This document shows, in pieces, positions 51,701-61,411 of a stretch of 64,000 nucleotides of DNA. Position 1 is the stretch's first letter; every line of letters starts with the position of its first letter. The notes beneath the pieces are model-generated. The model saw nothing but the letters and a program-made list of their open reading frames with translations, ran no database searches and was not told the origin of the DNA. The DNA lies in NCBI GenBank assembly GCA_050287845.1, contig JBNKCR010000034.1, positions 1-64,000 on the forward strand, given 5' to 3'. The DNA is from Polyangia bacterium (GTDB lineage: Bacteria; Myxococcota_A; Polyangia; JAAYKL01). The translations under genes and the position numbers were made by a program.

Positions 51701-53634
51701 TTGCACTGCTTGAAAACAGCGGACATCGCGCGGAGCTGGCAAGAAGTCTGGTGCGGTTTTTCAGTGGAAAACTTTCCGGCATCGGCGAGGTGAAACGGGC
51801 GGCGGATTTTTTTCTGGCGGATGGGCTGTTTGATGAGGCGGTGTCCGCGTTGCGTGATGCGTATCGGTTGGCGCCTGAGGTGGAGACCGCCAGAATGCTG
51901 GCCAATGCACTTGCCCGGGCAGGCCGGGACACCGAGTCCAGGCAATTGTTGATGGATATTGCCGGTGAGGATAGTCATGCCCGGGATCAATTGCTTACCC
52001 ACTATGAATCCCGGGGTGAGCTGGATGAGATGGTGGCGCTGCTCACCGCAAGTCAGTCCGGTGATCGCAGGGACGAAGAAAAGCGTTTGGAAAAACTGGC
52101 CCGGGTGCTTCAGCTGAAAGGCGATGATTTACAGGCGGCGGGATATTATCTTGAAGCGGCGGAATTGTCGGAATCGGATGACACTGTCCGGGAAATGTAT
52201 GCGCGGGTAATAGAGATTGCCGTGAATCGGGTGCACCCGCAGATGTATGCCCGGGCGCTGGACGGAATGAAGGGGTTCACGTCTGAAGAGCAGATGGCGG
52301 AAATGAAGCTGACGCTGTCGGTGATGTATTTTCGCAATGACATGGCCGAAGAGGCGTCGCTGCTGCTGGAACCCGAAGACTGTCTTCGTGCTCTTTCTCT
52401 GGAACAGCTGCTGAAAGCGGTAGAGGAAAATCGGGAGATGGGCCCCCTGGTCCACCGGGTTCTCGAATATGCGGTGGAACAGGAAAAATGGGCAGAAGCG
52501 GATCAACTTCTCACGATATTGCTCTTTTTCGAAAAGGACGATGGCCGCTACGGGTTGCTCAAAAGGCGGGCGGAACTTCGGTCGCAGCATCTCGGTGATA
52601 GGGACGGGGCAGCCTCGGACTGGATGGAAATCGGAGAATATTATCAGAAGGAACTCGAAAACGAAGCAGAAGCTATGGCGTGTTTCCGGCGAAGTCTGAC
52701 GTTGAACGGCGCAAATATGCAGGCATTGATGCAACTGGGGGAGCGCGCGTATTCCATCCGGGATTGGGAGGAACTTGGCGCGTTGCTCCAGCTGGCAGCG
52801 GGTGTGAGCTGGCATCCGCGGGTTGCGCTGTGGAAAGCGCTGATTGCGGAAATGGCAGGTCGGACCGAAGAAGCGTTTGCATTATATGAAGAGTTGCAGG
52901 ATCGGGCACCACAGATGGACGAGGCAAACGAGGGATATTTACGCACGGTTCCCGAAGAAGGCTATGAAGGCAATGTGCGGCAGGCGCTGGCGGTGGTCCG
53001 ACGTCAGGGGGGATTGGGTCAGATGTCAGCGGCGGTGCATCGGAAAGCAGCGCGGGCGTATCTGGCAGGCACCGAAATGGACAACGCCAGACGCCATCTT
53101 GAAATTGCACTGAGCCTGGAGCCCCTCGACCGGAATTCGCTGTTGCTGCTGGCCCATGTATATGAAGCCGGCGGGCAATCGTCCGCGCGCGCATATACTC
53201 TCGAAAAAGTGGCGGAACTGGTAACCGGGGATGAGCGCATCGATTACTTCGTGGCGAGCGGTCGAATATTTCTGGATGAGTTGAACGACCCGGTTCGCGC
53301 AATGAATCTCTTCACACGGGCGGCGGCCATTTCCAGAAATGAGCCGGATGTGCTGCTGGGGCTTGCGGATTGCTCCTGGGCCATTGGCGAATGGGGCGGC
53401 GTGACATCCAGTCTGGAGCGGCTCCGCCTGGTGGCCCCCCACCTGGCCATTGACGCGGTTCGAATGTATCGGTTTGCCGCGGCGCTGTTCAGAACCGGAG
53501 AATGGCCGGTAGCCGATGTGCTGGAACTGCTGGAACGCACCATCCCGGTGTTGACCGGCAGTGAACGGCAGGACGCTGAAGCGCTGGATGAAAAATTGAA
53601 ACTGGAGTTGGCCTCCAGGAAGGGACGGAAATGA
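48760..53634 (+). CDS. Large TPR-repeat protein
   Basis: 1624-aa ORF with many TPR-like helical repeats; ATGA overlap with prmA. Confidence 0.8.
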   Translation: MARRLRLQNRKDRRRFQRPVREYTDKPNSNGFSLKFAGGRGILELSGESIFDGITVELLEMVIDNIAFPFDVSRGVSGLASRRLKLHRISIEVALDAVSGYLSQRIAHNPWMHGLELAFYDDHISVSLMYGPVETAVPFSFRLIPVSWQNAFALMIDDVRCYGAMPAPLFSISAICATELTGFEMEGSFVIPKNPVKLALLHLLPAKGWRLPSYDDVQVEEFSLQSRRCSISFKAESGSDSSGDILRTLLSMPTLKRFEELRASRDVDTLIARGMMDEARRQLSGQFNRTPDNPSVVTRLAMLNILEPTLRRAELKRLLEKLSVWQNRSDALSIVAHGAALDGDVEMEMTALAQLFESGTPAEKVLTALRIAEVVGNTEPSRAIGFLEQAASVRRDNPEVLLALMELYGVERDIARLKTVISRWTVIHSEQVEQSAAHLEAGRVLLSVSEWYAAAAHFENVLVADPQNEDAQWGLAAALAGKGDAPRAITAYEQLAEKSRKKGADHTWAEALAHIGALWLEQEEPELAVSRLQESIGVNPDSVVQMKLAEALITLGRFEQAVMHYEEALETAPRKDDAFGKGALTLARLFFQELEDFDAARHWIEQAKRIESVRAEALELNIQVLEKQKKWRELAVALERNLLKEGPNASLDTVARLARARIAAGELTSAISTIESALAQHPHHAILLDVYIDALRRHKDHDRLADALQRRVETISSDETRVRLLTELGQVQHGTGKVADSLSAFREAVTLAPGNMTARAGLVEAMRATHDERLPDELNRLIAMYDEEGEVTKVAETQFALAEELFRVGESRKAISLVKEALPRLGGGKRKGATLLVMAQSLLAEKEYAIAREILEGIEPDGDAVDGFSVSLSLATASYHQGDFEMAYRSAVAAGSGPVALRGKALRILVDAAIHIGKLRDALGVLKRVAENIGEDEAMALLEYGADLAWRELEDIRLARDFYESIFALSPDNDRARNRLIALLENSGHRAELARSLVRFFSGKLSGIGEVKRAADFFLADGLFDEAVSALRDAYRLAPEVETARMLANALARAGRDTESRQLLMDIAGEDSHARDQLLTHYESRGELDEMVALLTASQSGDRRDEEKRLEKLARVLQLKGDDLQAAGYYLEAAELSESDDTVREMYARVIEIAVNRVHPQMYARALDGMKGFTSEEQMAEMKLTLSVMYFRNDMAEEASLLLEPEDCLRALSLEQLLKAVEENREMGPLVHRVLEYAVEQEKWAEADQLLTILLFFEKDDGRYGLLKRRAELRSQHLGDRDGAASDWMEIGEYYQKELENEAEAMACFRRSLTLNGANMQALMQLGERAYSIRDWEELGALLQLAAGVSWHPRVALWKALIAEMAGRTEEAFALYEELQDRAPQMDEANEGYLRTVPEEGYEGNVRQALAVVRRQGGLGQMSAAVHRKAARAYLAGTEMDNARRHLEIALSLEPLDRNSLLLLAHVYEAGGQSSARAYTLEKVAELVTGDERIDYFVASGRIFLDELNDPVRAMNLFTRAAAISRNEPDVLLGLADCSWAIGEWGGVTSSLERLRLVAPHLAIDAVRMYRFAAALFRTGEWPVADVLELLERTIPVLTGSERQDAEALDEKLKLELASRKGRK

Positions 53635-54491
53635 GCGGAAGAACGTTTGGGATTTGTATCACCGTACAGGAGGAGGGGGGCGAAGACCTGCCCTGGGAGC
53701 TGCACGACCTGGGCGCTGCGGGGGTGGAGACCCGGGACGCAACCACCATGACGGGGGTGACAGCAGCTGATACCGTGGTGTATATTGCCGGATTTGGTGA
53801 TGAAAGCCGTCGAAATCAGGCGGCGGAGGTACTGGGTCGGAAATATCCGGGCCTGGAACTGTCGCGATTGGAAATTACGGACGATGGCTGGAGTGAGGGA
53901 TGGAAGAAGTTTTTCAAACCGGTGGTGCTCGAAAAGGTGCAGGTTATCACGCCCTGGATGGAGGCTCCCGAAGAGCGGGACGTGACGATTGTGATTGATC
54001 CCGGACAGGCCTTTGGCACCGGTGGCCATGCCACCACCCGGCTTATGCTGCAATTCATCGAAAAGCGCAGTGCCCCGGGGTTTCCGGAGACGATTCTCGA
54101 CGTGGGGACCGGATCCGGAGTACTGGCCATCGCCTGCGCCAGACTTGGCGCGTCCGCAGTTGTGGGGTTTGATGTGGAGGAACCGGCAGTGGATGCCGCC
54201 AGGGAGAATGCGAAGCGCAACCATGTGGGCGATGCCGTGTCCGTGATGGTGGCGTCCCCGGAACTGGTGAAAGGTCAGTGGCCCATGGTTCTGGCCAATA
54301 TTCAACTGGCCGTTTTTCTCGAACACGCCGACAACATCGCGAATCTGGTGTCCCCCGGTGGCACATTGCTTATCAGCGGCATCCTGGCGGAGCAGCGGGA
54401 ACGTTGTCTCGCACTGTGGCCACAGTTTTCACTTCGTGAAGTGATGCAGGAAGAAGAATGGCTTGCCATGCGTCTGGAGAAGAATTCATGA
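53631..54491 (+). CDS. prmA: Ribosomal protein L11 methyltransferase
   Basis: W...WKKFFKP, IDPGQAFGTGGHATT, LDVGTGSGVLAI, ISGIL. Confidence 0.94.
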   Translation: MSGRTFGICITVQEEGGEDLPWELHDLGAAGVETRDATTMTGVTAADTVVYIAGFGDESRRNQAAEVLGRKYPGLELSRLEITDDGWSEGWKKFFKPVVLEKVQVITPWMEAPEERDVTIVIDPGQAFGTGGHATTRLMLQFIEKRSAPGFPETILDVGTGSGVLAIACARLGASAVVGFDVEEPAVDAARENAKRNHVGDAVSVMVASPELVKGQWPMVLANIQLAVFLEHADNIANLVSPGGTLLISGILAEQRERCLALWPQFSLREVMQEEEWLAMRLEKNS

Positions 54492-55216
54492 CGCGAATTC
54501 TGCTGTCGACCTCCCTGGGTGACGTTTCTTCCGGAGAGGTGGTGGAAGTGACCGGAGAGGAACTGCACTATCTGAAAAATGTCCGACGCCACGGTGCGGG
54601 AGATACGGTGATTCTGGTGGACAACGATGCCAACAGTTTTGAAGCGATTGTGCTGCGGGTGGACAGTGCTCAGGCCACCCTGTCGCTCGGGCAGCCGTTG
54701 ACCAATGGCGTGGTGCCGCTGAACGTGCACATTCTGGCTGCGGTACCTAAGGAGAAGCTCCTTGATGATGTGGTGCGCAAGCTCAGTGAACTGGGGGTGA
54801 ACCGGTTCACTCCGCTTATCTGTGAACGGTCGTCGGTTGTGCCCGGTGCACAACGTCAGGAACGGTGGCAGCGTATTGCGACACAGTCGATGCGGCAATG
54901 TCGGCGGCAGCGGGTGCTGGACATCGATTCGGCGGTCGATTTTGACACGGCAGTGCGCACCCTCCGGGCCGCGCATCGATTCATGCTGCATCCGGACGGT
55001 GGCGTGACCCTGGGAGCGCTGATGCAATCGCGGGGTGAAGGGGACACGGCCATTCTCGTCGGTCCGGAAGGTGGTTTTTCGCCCCGGGAGGTGGCATTGG
55101 CCACTGAACATTCGTTTAAGTCGATGCGGGCGGGACACTCCATTTTGCGTATGGAAACCGCAATGCTGGTGGCATCGGTGGCGGGCATTGCGATGCTTGG
55201 CGGGTATGACGTGTGA
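54488..55216 (+). CDS. rsmE: 16S rRNA m3U1498 methyltransferase
   Basis: HYLKNVRR, KLSELGV, VGPEGGFS, ILRMETA. Confidence 0.94.
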   Translation: MTRILLSTSLGDVSSGEVVEVTGEELHYLKNVRRHGAGDTVILVDNDANSFEAIVLRVDSAQATLSLGQPLTNGVVPLNVHILAAVPKEKLLDDVVRKLSELGVNRFTPLICERSSVVPGAQRQERWQRIATQSMRQCRRQRVLDIDSAVDFDTAVRTLRAAHRFMLHPDGGVTLGALMQSRGEGDTAILVGPEGGFSPREVALATEHSFKSMRAGHSILRMETAMLVASVAGIAMLGGYDV

Positions 55217-55365
55217 ACCAGCGCTGTCGGACCCGGCTGAGGGAAGGTGTCGCATGTGGTCTGTCCGGTGACAGAAACGTTTTGTGCTATATTCTTGATC
55301 TTGGCGGCAATTCAGGGAAAGATGGCGAGAAAGTTAATGACAAATATTCATTGGAAACATAAGGG

Positions 55366-58300
55366 ATGTTTCGTTATGCTGGCGGTTCTATGGGCGCTTT
55401 AAGTTCACTACTCGTTCAAAATCAGATTCTGAGTGTCACTCAGATTGAGCAGGCACTGCAACGTCAGGTAATTCTTGGCGGTGATCTGCCGACCATACTC
55501 CTTGAGTTGCGCATGCTGGACGAGAAGTTGCTGGCCACTTACATGAGCAGGGTGGTCGGGATTACGGAACTCGACAGCGCTTTGTATGATTCGCCGGATT
55601 TATCTCTTGGAGAGTTGATTTCCAGAGATACCGCAGTATCGTGCAGGGCGGTTCCCATTCGGAAAGACGAAAAGCTCGTTGTTGCAGTAACCGGCACACT
55701 GTCGCAGACATGCATTGAAAGATTGCAGGTTGAGTCGGGAATGATGGTGGTGCCGAATCTGATCCTGGAATTCCGGTTTGCGCTGCTGTTGAATCAGATG
55801 TATGGCGTTCCATTGCCCGGCCGGATGACACCCCTTCAGAAAAAGCTGTTACCCGATTTCAAGCCGTCGCAGTTTGTCCCGGAGAAAACATCATTTGAAC
55901 GTCCCGCTGCCAAATCCGAATCTTCAGCCGAGCTGGAAAATGAGGTGGATGAGAAAATTTCGGTCTCCGTGAAATCCACCCAAAAACGCGGCGCAGAGCC
56001 TACGAGTCGGTTGTATCGGAGCGATCAACCCATTCAGAAGCTGGTTATCGGGAAAGAGCCGGCTTCCGAAGATGACGTGGAAAAGGACGACGAATCCACA
56101 AGCCCCCCCAGACGGGATACGCCGCTTCGAATCGATGATATCGCTGCCCGGGTGCGGCTGACGGCACCACCGGAATCCATAATGCCCGATCCGGAGGCGC
56201 TGGAGTCCGAAGCAGAAACAGAATTTGCGTCATCGGTACCGGCCAGACCTGCCGTGACCATCCCGCCGGGAAGGGCATCGGATCCGGGAATGCCCCTTTT
56301 GACCCGCAAGAATCTGAAAAAGCGTCTACTCAGTTTTTCTGAAGCTGCGGAGATGTTGGAGAAGGCGGAGAATCGCGATGAAATCATGGAAACCTTTTTC
56401 CATTTTGCACATCAGGCGTTTGATTTTACCTTTCTGGCGGTGGTTCATGGAGAGGATGCCGCAGGAAGACTGGCGGCATATCGGGGCGGCAGTTTCAATG
56501 ACGCTGATTTTGTGTCCATTCAGCTCAACGAAGGCGGGCTTTTTGAGAAGGCCTACAAAACCACCGAATATCAGATTGGCCCGATGGATGACATGGCCGG
56601 CTTGAATGCACTGAATCAGCTGGGACTGGATGTTCCGCTGAATGCAACCGTTATTCCGGTTGTGTTGAAGCGTCGCGTTATTCTGTTGCTTTACGGCGAC
56701 AGCGGGCATCACGGCATTCGCGCCAGGCGGGTCGATCGCATATTTGAGTTTTCAAAGCTGGTGGCTTCGGCGTTCGAGCGGTTGTTACTGGCGAGAAAAC
56801 TGAGAAAATTCAGCAGTGTACCCCCCCCACCCGCCGCGTCACAGGGAGATGATGCGAATGAGGCGATTAAGGTGGACTCGAAAACTGTGGCAAGGCGGAA
56901 ACGGGATTTATCTGCGTTTTTAAATTCGGGAATGGGCGGTGACGAGATCAGGGAGGGGTCGACGAACGGTCCGGACGACGTGGTATCGGCTTCGGCAACG
57001 GATTTGGAATCAGCGCTGGCTGGCAGTCGTTTTATTCCTGACTCCGAAAAATTGACTGTTCATGCGCCGGACATCGTTGAACGCACACTCGGGGAAGATG
57101 CGAAGAAAGCCACCGTGTCATCGGTTCCGCCCACCACGTTGGTGGACACAGATGCGCCTTCGGATCCGACTCAGCCGACGGTACGGATTTCTGTTTCGTC
57201 GAGGGGGTCGGTAAAACAGGTTGCCGATCATGATACCACGTTGAGAATTCAGGTGGAGGGGAAAGCCAAACGACCCGAGGCAACGGACACGCCACATCGT
57301 GCAGGCATCCGGATGATTCCGCCCATTCGTGTGGGTGAATCCAAATCCAGAGCGTCGCTGACGGATGACCTGCGTCCCTCATTGACAGATGAGGCAAAAC
57401 CGACTCCCGTTCAGGAATCGGAATTATCTGCGACCCAGAATACGATTGAAGCGGGTGAGTCGACAAAGGTTGTGACTACTTCTCCGTATGCCAGACCGGA
57501 TGCCGCATCGCTGGATACTCCCCAGCCGGACGAGCCGATGTCTTCATATGTGCCGCGAACATCGGTCGCCGATGGACGGTACATGCAGGTGGATCGGGAG
57601 TTTCAGAGCGGAGATCACAGAGAACGCAGAAAGACCGCCCAACAGTACATGTTGGAACCGGATGTTCGCAGTACCAGGAATTTGGGCGCTCCCGGGTCTT
57701 CATCGGGTGATGCTGATACCCCGCCGATTGTGCTCACGAAGGAAGATATGCGCCGAACAGCCGGATATGCGGATAACATTCTGCAGAGTGTTGCAGGTGC
57801 GGCGGGAGTAGACATCGACGTCGAAGCGCCGAAGTCGTCCGGGGAAGTGGAGACCTCATCTCAGGGGGAGCATAACGGGGAAACGGGTGTGACCGCCGAG
57901 ACCCGGTCCGCCTCGGACGAAGAGATGGTGGGGTTGGTGGAAGCACTGGTGTCCGGGAAATTCGACGAACACGTTCCGGCGAGGATTCTTGCGGGTGGGG
58001 AGTTGGCCATTACAGCGTTGATTGAGCATTTTCCAGGGCCACTCAGCTGTGATCGATTTCAGGAGATGGGGCAATTATCCGGGATTTCAAATCATGGGCC
58101 GGTTCTGGGATTGCTGATGCAGTTTGGCAACCGGATAGTGTCCCATGTGCTGCCGCTTCTCGAAAGTTTTGATTCAGAGATTCGGTTTTATGCCACTTTC
58201 GTTTTATATGAACTGGGCAATCGGGAGGTACTCTACCAACTGGTGAAACGGGTATTCGACAATGACCGTCAGATTCGTTCAATGGCGGTGGAAGCACTGA

Positions 58301-58788
58301 AGGCCCATCGGGATGCCTTTGAGTACAAGTCCTGTGTCGAAGATATTTCGATGATTCTGGTTGGGGCCATGTCAACCCTCGAAAAGAAACGGATTGCAGC
58401 GGATGCGCTGGCCAGGTTGGCTGATCCGATGACTGTCGAGCCATTGACCACAATGCTCGGATCCGTTGATGGGATTCTGGCGGAACGCTGTCAGCGGGCA
58501 CTGGTGAAAATTGCCTTCAGAGATTTCGGTTTTTCAGAGAAACGATGGATGGACTGGTACCGGAAGCACCGGAGCGAACATCGGTTGTCATGGGCCATCG
58601 AAGGTATTGTTGAGAAAAACGAGGATATCAGTCGTCGGGCGCTTCGGGTGTTACAGGATGAGGTGGGAGAACAATTTGATTTTCCCCTCGGCCCGCTGAG
58701 TTCCAGTCAGCGCAAGGATTTGCACAGACAGTTGCAGCACTGGTGGAAGAGTGAGGGAAAGCGACTTTTTCCCGATATTCCGGAATAA
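55366..58788 (+). CDS. FrgA-like protein: MshEN/GspE-N-like N-terminus, GAF-like domain, low-complexity linker, HEAT repeats
   Basis: LSSLLVQ..IEQALQRQVILGG.L.TILLEL; IPVVLKRRVILLLYGD; FPGPL followed by HEAT repeats; start may be 55390. Confidence 0.6.
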   Translation: MFRYAGGSMGALSSLLVQNQILSVTQIEQALQRQVILGGDLPTILLELRMLDEKLLATYMSRVVGITELDSALYDSPDLSLGELISRDTAVSCRAVPIRKDEKLVVAVTGTLSQTCIERLQVESGMMVVPNLILEFRFALLLNQMYGVPLPGRMTPLQKKLLPDFKPSQFVPEKTSFERPAAKSESSAELENEVDEKISVSVKSTQKRGAEPTSRLYRSDQPIQKLVIGKEPASEDDVEKDDESTSPPRRDTPLRIDDIAARVRLTAPPESIMPDPEALESEAETEFASSVPARPAVTIPPGRASDPGMPLLTRKNLKKRLLSFSEAAEMLEKAENRDEIMETFFHFAHQAFDFTFLAVVHGEDAAGRLAAYRGGSFNDADFVSIQLNEGGLFEKAYKTTEYQIGPMDDMAGLNALNQLGLDVPLNATVIPVVLKRRVILLLYGDSGHHGIRARRVDRIFEFSKLVASAFERLLLARKLRKFSSVPPPPAASQGDDANEAIKVDSKTVARRKRDLSAFLNSGMGGDEIREGSTNGPDDVVSASATDLESALAGSRFIPDSEKLTVHAPDIVERTLGEDAKKATVSSVPPTTLVDTDAPSDPTQPTVRISVSSRGSVKQVADHDTTLRIQVEGKAKRPEATDTPHRAGIRMIPPIRVGESKSRASLTDDLRPSLTDEAKPTPVQESELSATQNTIEAGESTKVVTTSPYARPDAASLDTPQPDEPMSSYVPRTSVADGRYMQVDREFQSGDHRERRKTAQQYMLEPDVRSTRNLGAPGSSSGDADTPPIVLTKEDMRRTAGYADNILQSVAGAAGVDIDVEAPKSSGEVETSSQGEHNGETGVTAETRSASDEEMVGLVEALVSGKFDEHVPARILAGGELAITALIEHFPGPLSCDRFQEMGQLSGISNHGPVLGLLMQFGNRIVSHVLPLLESFDSEIRFYATFVLYELGNREVLYQLVKRVFDNDRQIRSMAVEALKAHRDAFEYKSCVEDISMILVGAMSTLEKKRIAADALARLADPMTVEPLTTMLGSVDGILAERCQRALVKIAFRDFGFSEKRWMDWYRKHRSEHRLSWAIEGIVEKNEDISRRALRVLQDEVGEQFDFPLGPLSSSQRKDLHRQLQHWWKSEGKRLFPDIPE

Positions 58789-59348
58789 TGCCAGTACAGC
58801 GGCGATTGGGGATATTGGGTGGAACGTTTGATCCACCACATCTGTCGCATCTCGAAATGGCGGATATGGTTTACGGGCGCGGGTTGGTGGACCGGGTGCT
58901 CATGATTCCATGCTATCATCATGCGTTCGGTAAAACCCCCGTGGTATTTGATCATCGCCTGGAGATGTGCCGTCTTTTAACCAGAAATTATTCATATATC
59001 GACGTGCTTGACGTGGAACGGAAAATGACGAATCCCGGCCGAACCCTTGAGCTGCTTACGGTGCTGGAATCCATGTTTCCGGATGCCACGTTTCGTCTTC
59101 TGGCCGGGGGAGATATTTATGAAGAGCGTCATAAATGGTATCAGTTTGATCTGGTGGAAAAAAAGGCGCCACTCATTTATCTGTCGAGGAAGGGCGTTCC
59201 GGCAAATGATGCGGAATGGCTCGATGCGCCGACGGAGATGAGTTCGAGTGATATCCGGCAGAAACTTGTCCGGCATGAGAGCGTGTCGGGACTTCTGTCC
59301 GATGCCGTGTTTGCGTATATTGTTGAACATCAACTGTATGGAGTATGA
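58788..59348 (+). CDS. nadD: Nicotinate-nucleotide adenylyltransferase
   Basis: GILGGTFDPPHLSH, RLEM, MSSSDIR. Confidence 0.9.
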   Translation: MPVQRRLGILGGTFDPPHLSHLEMADMVYGRGLVDRVLMIPCYHHAFGKTPVVFDHRLEMCRLLTRNYSYIDVLDVERKMTNPGRTLELLTVLESMFPDATFRLLAGGDIYEERHKWYQFDLVEKKAPLIYLSRKGVPANDAEWLDAPTEMSSSDIRQKLVRHESVSGLLSDAVFAYIVEHQLYGV

Positions 59349-60229
59349 GTATGGGAAGAAAAGTGTTTGTCATTGGCTGTGGCGCGGTTGGAACATCCCT
59401 TGGTTTCGCGCTGCGCAAAGCTGGCCGGGATGTGGTGGGAATCTATGATATCGATTCCCGACAGGCCCGAAAATCTTCGGAAATTATCGGCACCCGGGGA
59501 TTTGGCGGTGCGCTGCCGGAAATGGTGAAGACAGCGGACACGGTGGTTGTGACAACGCCGGATAAAAATATCGAGCATGTGGTGGCGCTGGTGCAGGCGG
59601 AGGAACTTTACAGCGAAAATCAGATATGGATTCACTGTTCAGGTCATCTGGCGGCAGATGTCTTTGATTCGATTCGCAGCCATGTGAAAGGGGTGGCCAC
59701 CATGCATCCCGCATATGTGTTTCCGCCACATCAGTGCACGCGGATTCCCGAGGGTGTCGGGTTTGCCATTGACGGAGATGACGCGGGAAAGGAGAAGGTG
59801 AGAGAGCATGTGGCGCTTCTCAAAGGCCATGTGGTAGAAATTGAGCCGGCATTGCGCCCCCGCTATCACGCAGCGATGGTGATGGCGAGCAACTACATCG
59901 TGACTCAGCTTTCCAGCGCCAGAAACATTCTGTCCACGGCGGGCATTGGCGACGCGGAGACAGATGAATTGCTTATCCGGCTTGCGGGAAGTGCATTGGA
60001 CAAGGCGCGCAGTCTTGGAATAGGGCATTCATTGAGCGGACCGGTACGTCGCGGCGATGTGGGGGTGGTGGCCGATCATCTCAAAGCGCTTGTGGACCTG
60101 CCCATTGTCCTTCAATTGTATATTGCCGCCGGAAAAGCAGCCGTGGAGCTGGCTGCATCAGAACCGGGATATTGTCAGGATACGGCGCAGACCCTCAGGG
60201 AAATGTTCGAAAAAACGGGCCATCAGTGA
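59345..60229 (+). CDS. Rossmann-like + DUF2520 protein
   Basis: IGCGAVG, HCSG, MHP, YHAAMVMASN, LSGPVRRGD. Confidence 0.88.
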   Translation: MSMGRKVFVIGCGAVGTSLGFALRKAGRDVVGIYDIDSRQARKSSEIIGTRGFGGALPEMVKTADTVVVTTPDKNIEHVVALVQAEELYSENQIWIHCSGHLAADVFDSIRSHVKGVATMHPAYVFPPHQCTRIPEGVGFAIDGDDAGKEKVREHVALLKGHVVEIEPALRPRYHAAMVMASNYIVTQLSSARNILSTAGIGDAETDELLIRLAGSALDKARSLGIGHSLSGPVRRGDVGVVADHLKALVDLPIVLQLYIAAGKAAVELAASEPGYCQDTAQTLREMFEKTGHQ

Positions 60230-60242
60230 CAAGAGATGCGTT

Positions 60243-61043
60243 TCACTCCGGCGTCCCATCGATCATGCGGCGATTGGGCAATGCCTGAGTGAATTCCCGC
60301 AGAGATATCTCTCTGGCGCGGTATCGGCCAGCCGCATTCAGATACTGGATGGCGGATTCCATTGCCCGGGCGGTGAGTTGCAGTGTGGCTTGTTTCAGCT
60401 GCGGGTTTTGGGGTGCGCGAGTGTTGAGCCAGGGGAACCACGGTTTGCTGTAAAGATATCCGAAGGCGCGAAAGCTCCGTTGCCATCTGGCGAGCGTGAC
60501 GTCCGCCGGAGCTCCGGGATACAGCCCAGAAAACACCGCACTGGTGAAACGGCACCAGTCCTGATGCGGGAAGAGCCATGTGACGCGAGCGGTGTACGCC
60601 GTGCCGACACCACCGTGTCCAAGCAGTTCCTGATGAGCCAGGATACCCATCTGGCGTTCGAGGGTGTCGTGAGAAATGGTGGTATTCTGAATGCGCCGTT
60701 CAATTTCAGCATGAAATACAATATCCACTGCGAAGTGGGTCAGTGCCCCATATGCCATTGCCAGGTGTTCGCCGGATTGGGCCCCATCGACAAGTTCGAC
60801 ACATAATTTCCGGCATTGCCCGTTGTGAATGGCCTGACCGAAGGGATGATAGACCGATGGCAGACCGAAAAGAATCTGCCATCCGGATAGCAGCAGGGTG
60901 TCGTAATAGGGCAGGTCAAACAGTGCGCTGCCGAGGAAGTATGCATCCGGGTGCAGTTGAATCAGATTCTGCACCGGTGCGGTCAGTTCCGGATGTTCGG
61001 CAATCCGGTGGGCCAGGGTAAGGTGGAGCAGGGTGTCCGCCAT
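60243..61043 (-). CDS. Zinc-dependent phospholipase C family protein
   Basis: N-terminal H, LGS..FD, G.LTHFAVD..FH, HDTLE. Confidence 0.75.
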   Translation of the reverse strand: MADTLLHLTLAHRIAEHPELTAPVQNLIQLHPDAYFLGSALFDLPYYDTLLLSGWQILFGLPSVYHPFGQAIHNGQCRKLCVELVDGAQSGEHLAMAYGALTHFAVDIVFHAEIERRIQNTTISHDTLERQMGILAHQELLGHGGVGTAYTARVTWLFPHQDWCRFTSAVFSGLYPGAPADVTLARWQRSFRAFGYLYSKPWFPWLNTRAPQNPQLKQATLQLTARAMESAIQYLNAAGRYRAREISLREFTQALPNRRMIDGTPE

Positions 61044-61294
61044 TACAGCAGCGGGGAATATTCGGGGCTATCGACTCTTTCGATGCCCAGTTCTTCAACA
61101 AGTGCATCAATCAGGTTTTCGGCATCGGCAAGGAAGTGAGGGGCAATGGTTAAATCCAGTATTTCCGGCGTTTCCACTCGGGTGGTGGGGTTGGCAATCC
61201 CGTCGTGGGATTCCAGACACCATCGGATATAACCAATATCCCTGATATTCACCTTAATTGAGCGGACGGGCATTTTGCGGTTGAGATCGTTCAT
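61043..61294 (-). CDS. DUF4911-like small protein
   Basis: DIGYIRWCLESHDGIA..TT. Confidence 0.7.
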   Translation of the reverse strand: MNDLNRKMPVRSIKVNIRDIGYIRWCLESHDGIANPTTRVETPEILDLTIAPHFLADAENLIDALVEELGIERVDSPEYSPLL

Positions 61295-61411
61295 GGCCGC
61301 TTCTTATCACAGAACAAAAATGGGAAGAAAAATAAAAGGTCATTTTTTTTGACCGTTATCCTACACATCCCTACAATGTATTCAGGGTGGACTGAATATA
61401 GAGGAAATATC

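Noticed and set aside
48760..53634. Naming the giant TPR protein as a gliding-motility gene
   Set aside because: Only generic TPR repeats are visible; no diagnostic motif
61379..61398. tattcag-N6-ctgaata palindrome before cpoB
   Set aside because: Single short instance with no assignable regulator; could be chance
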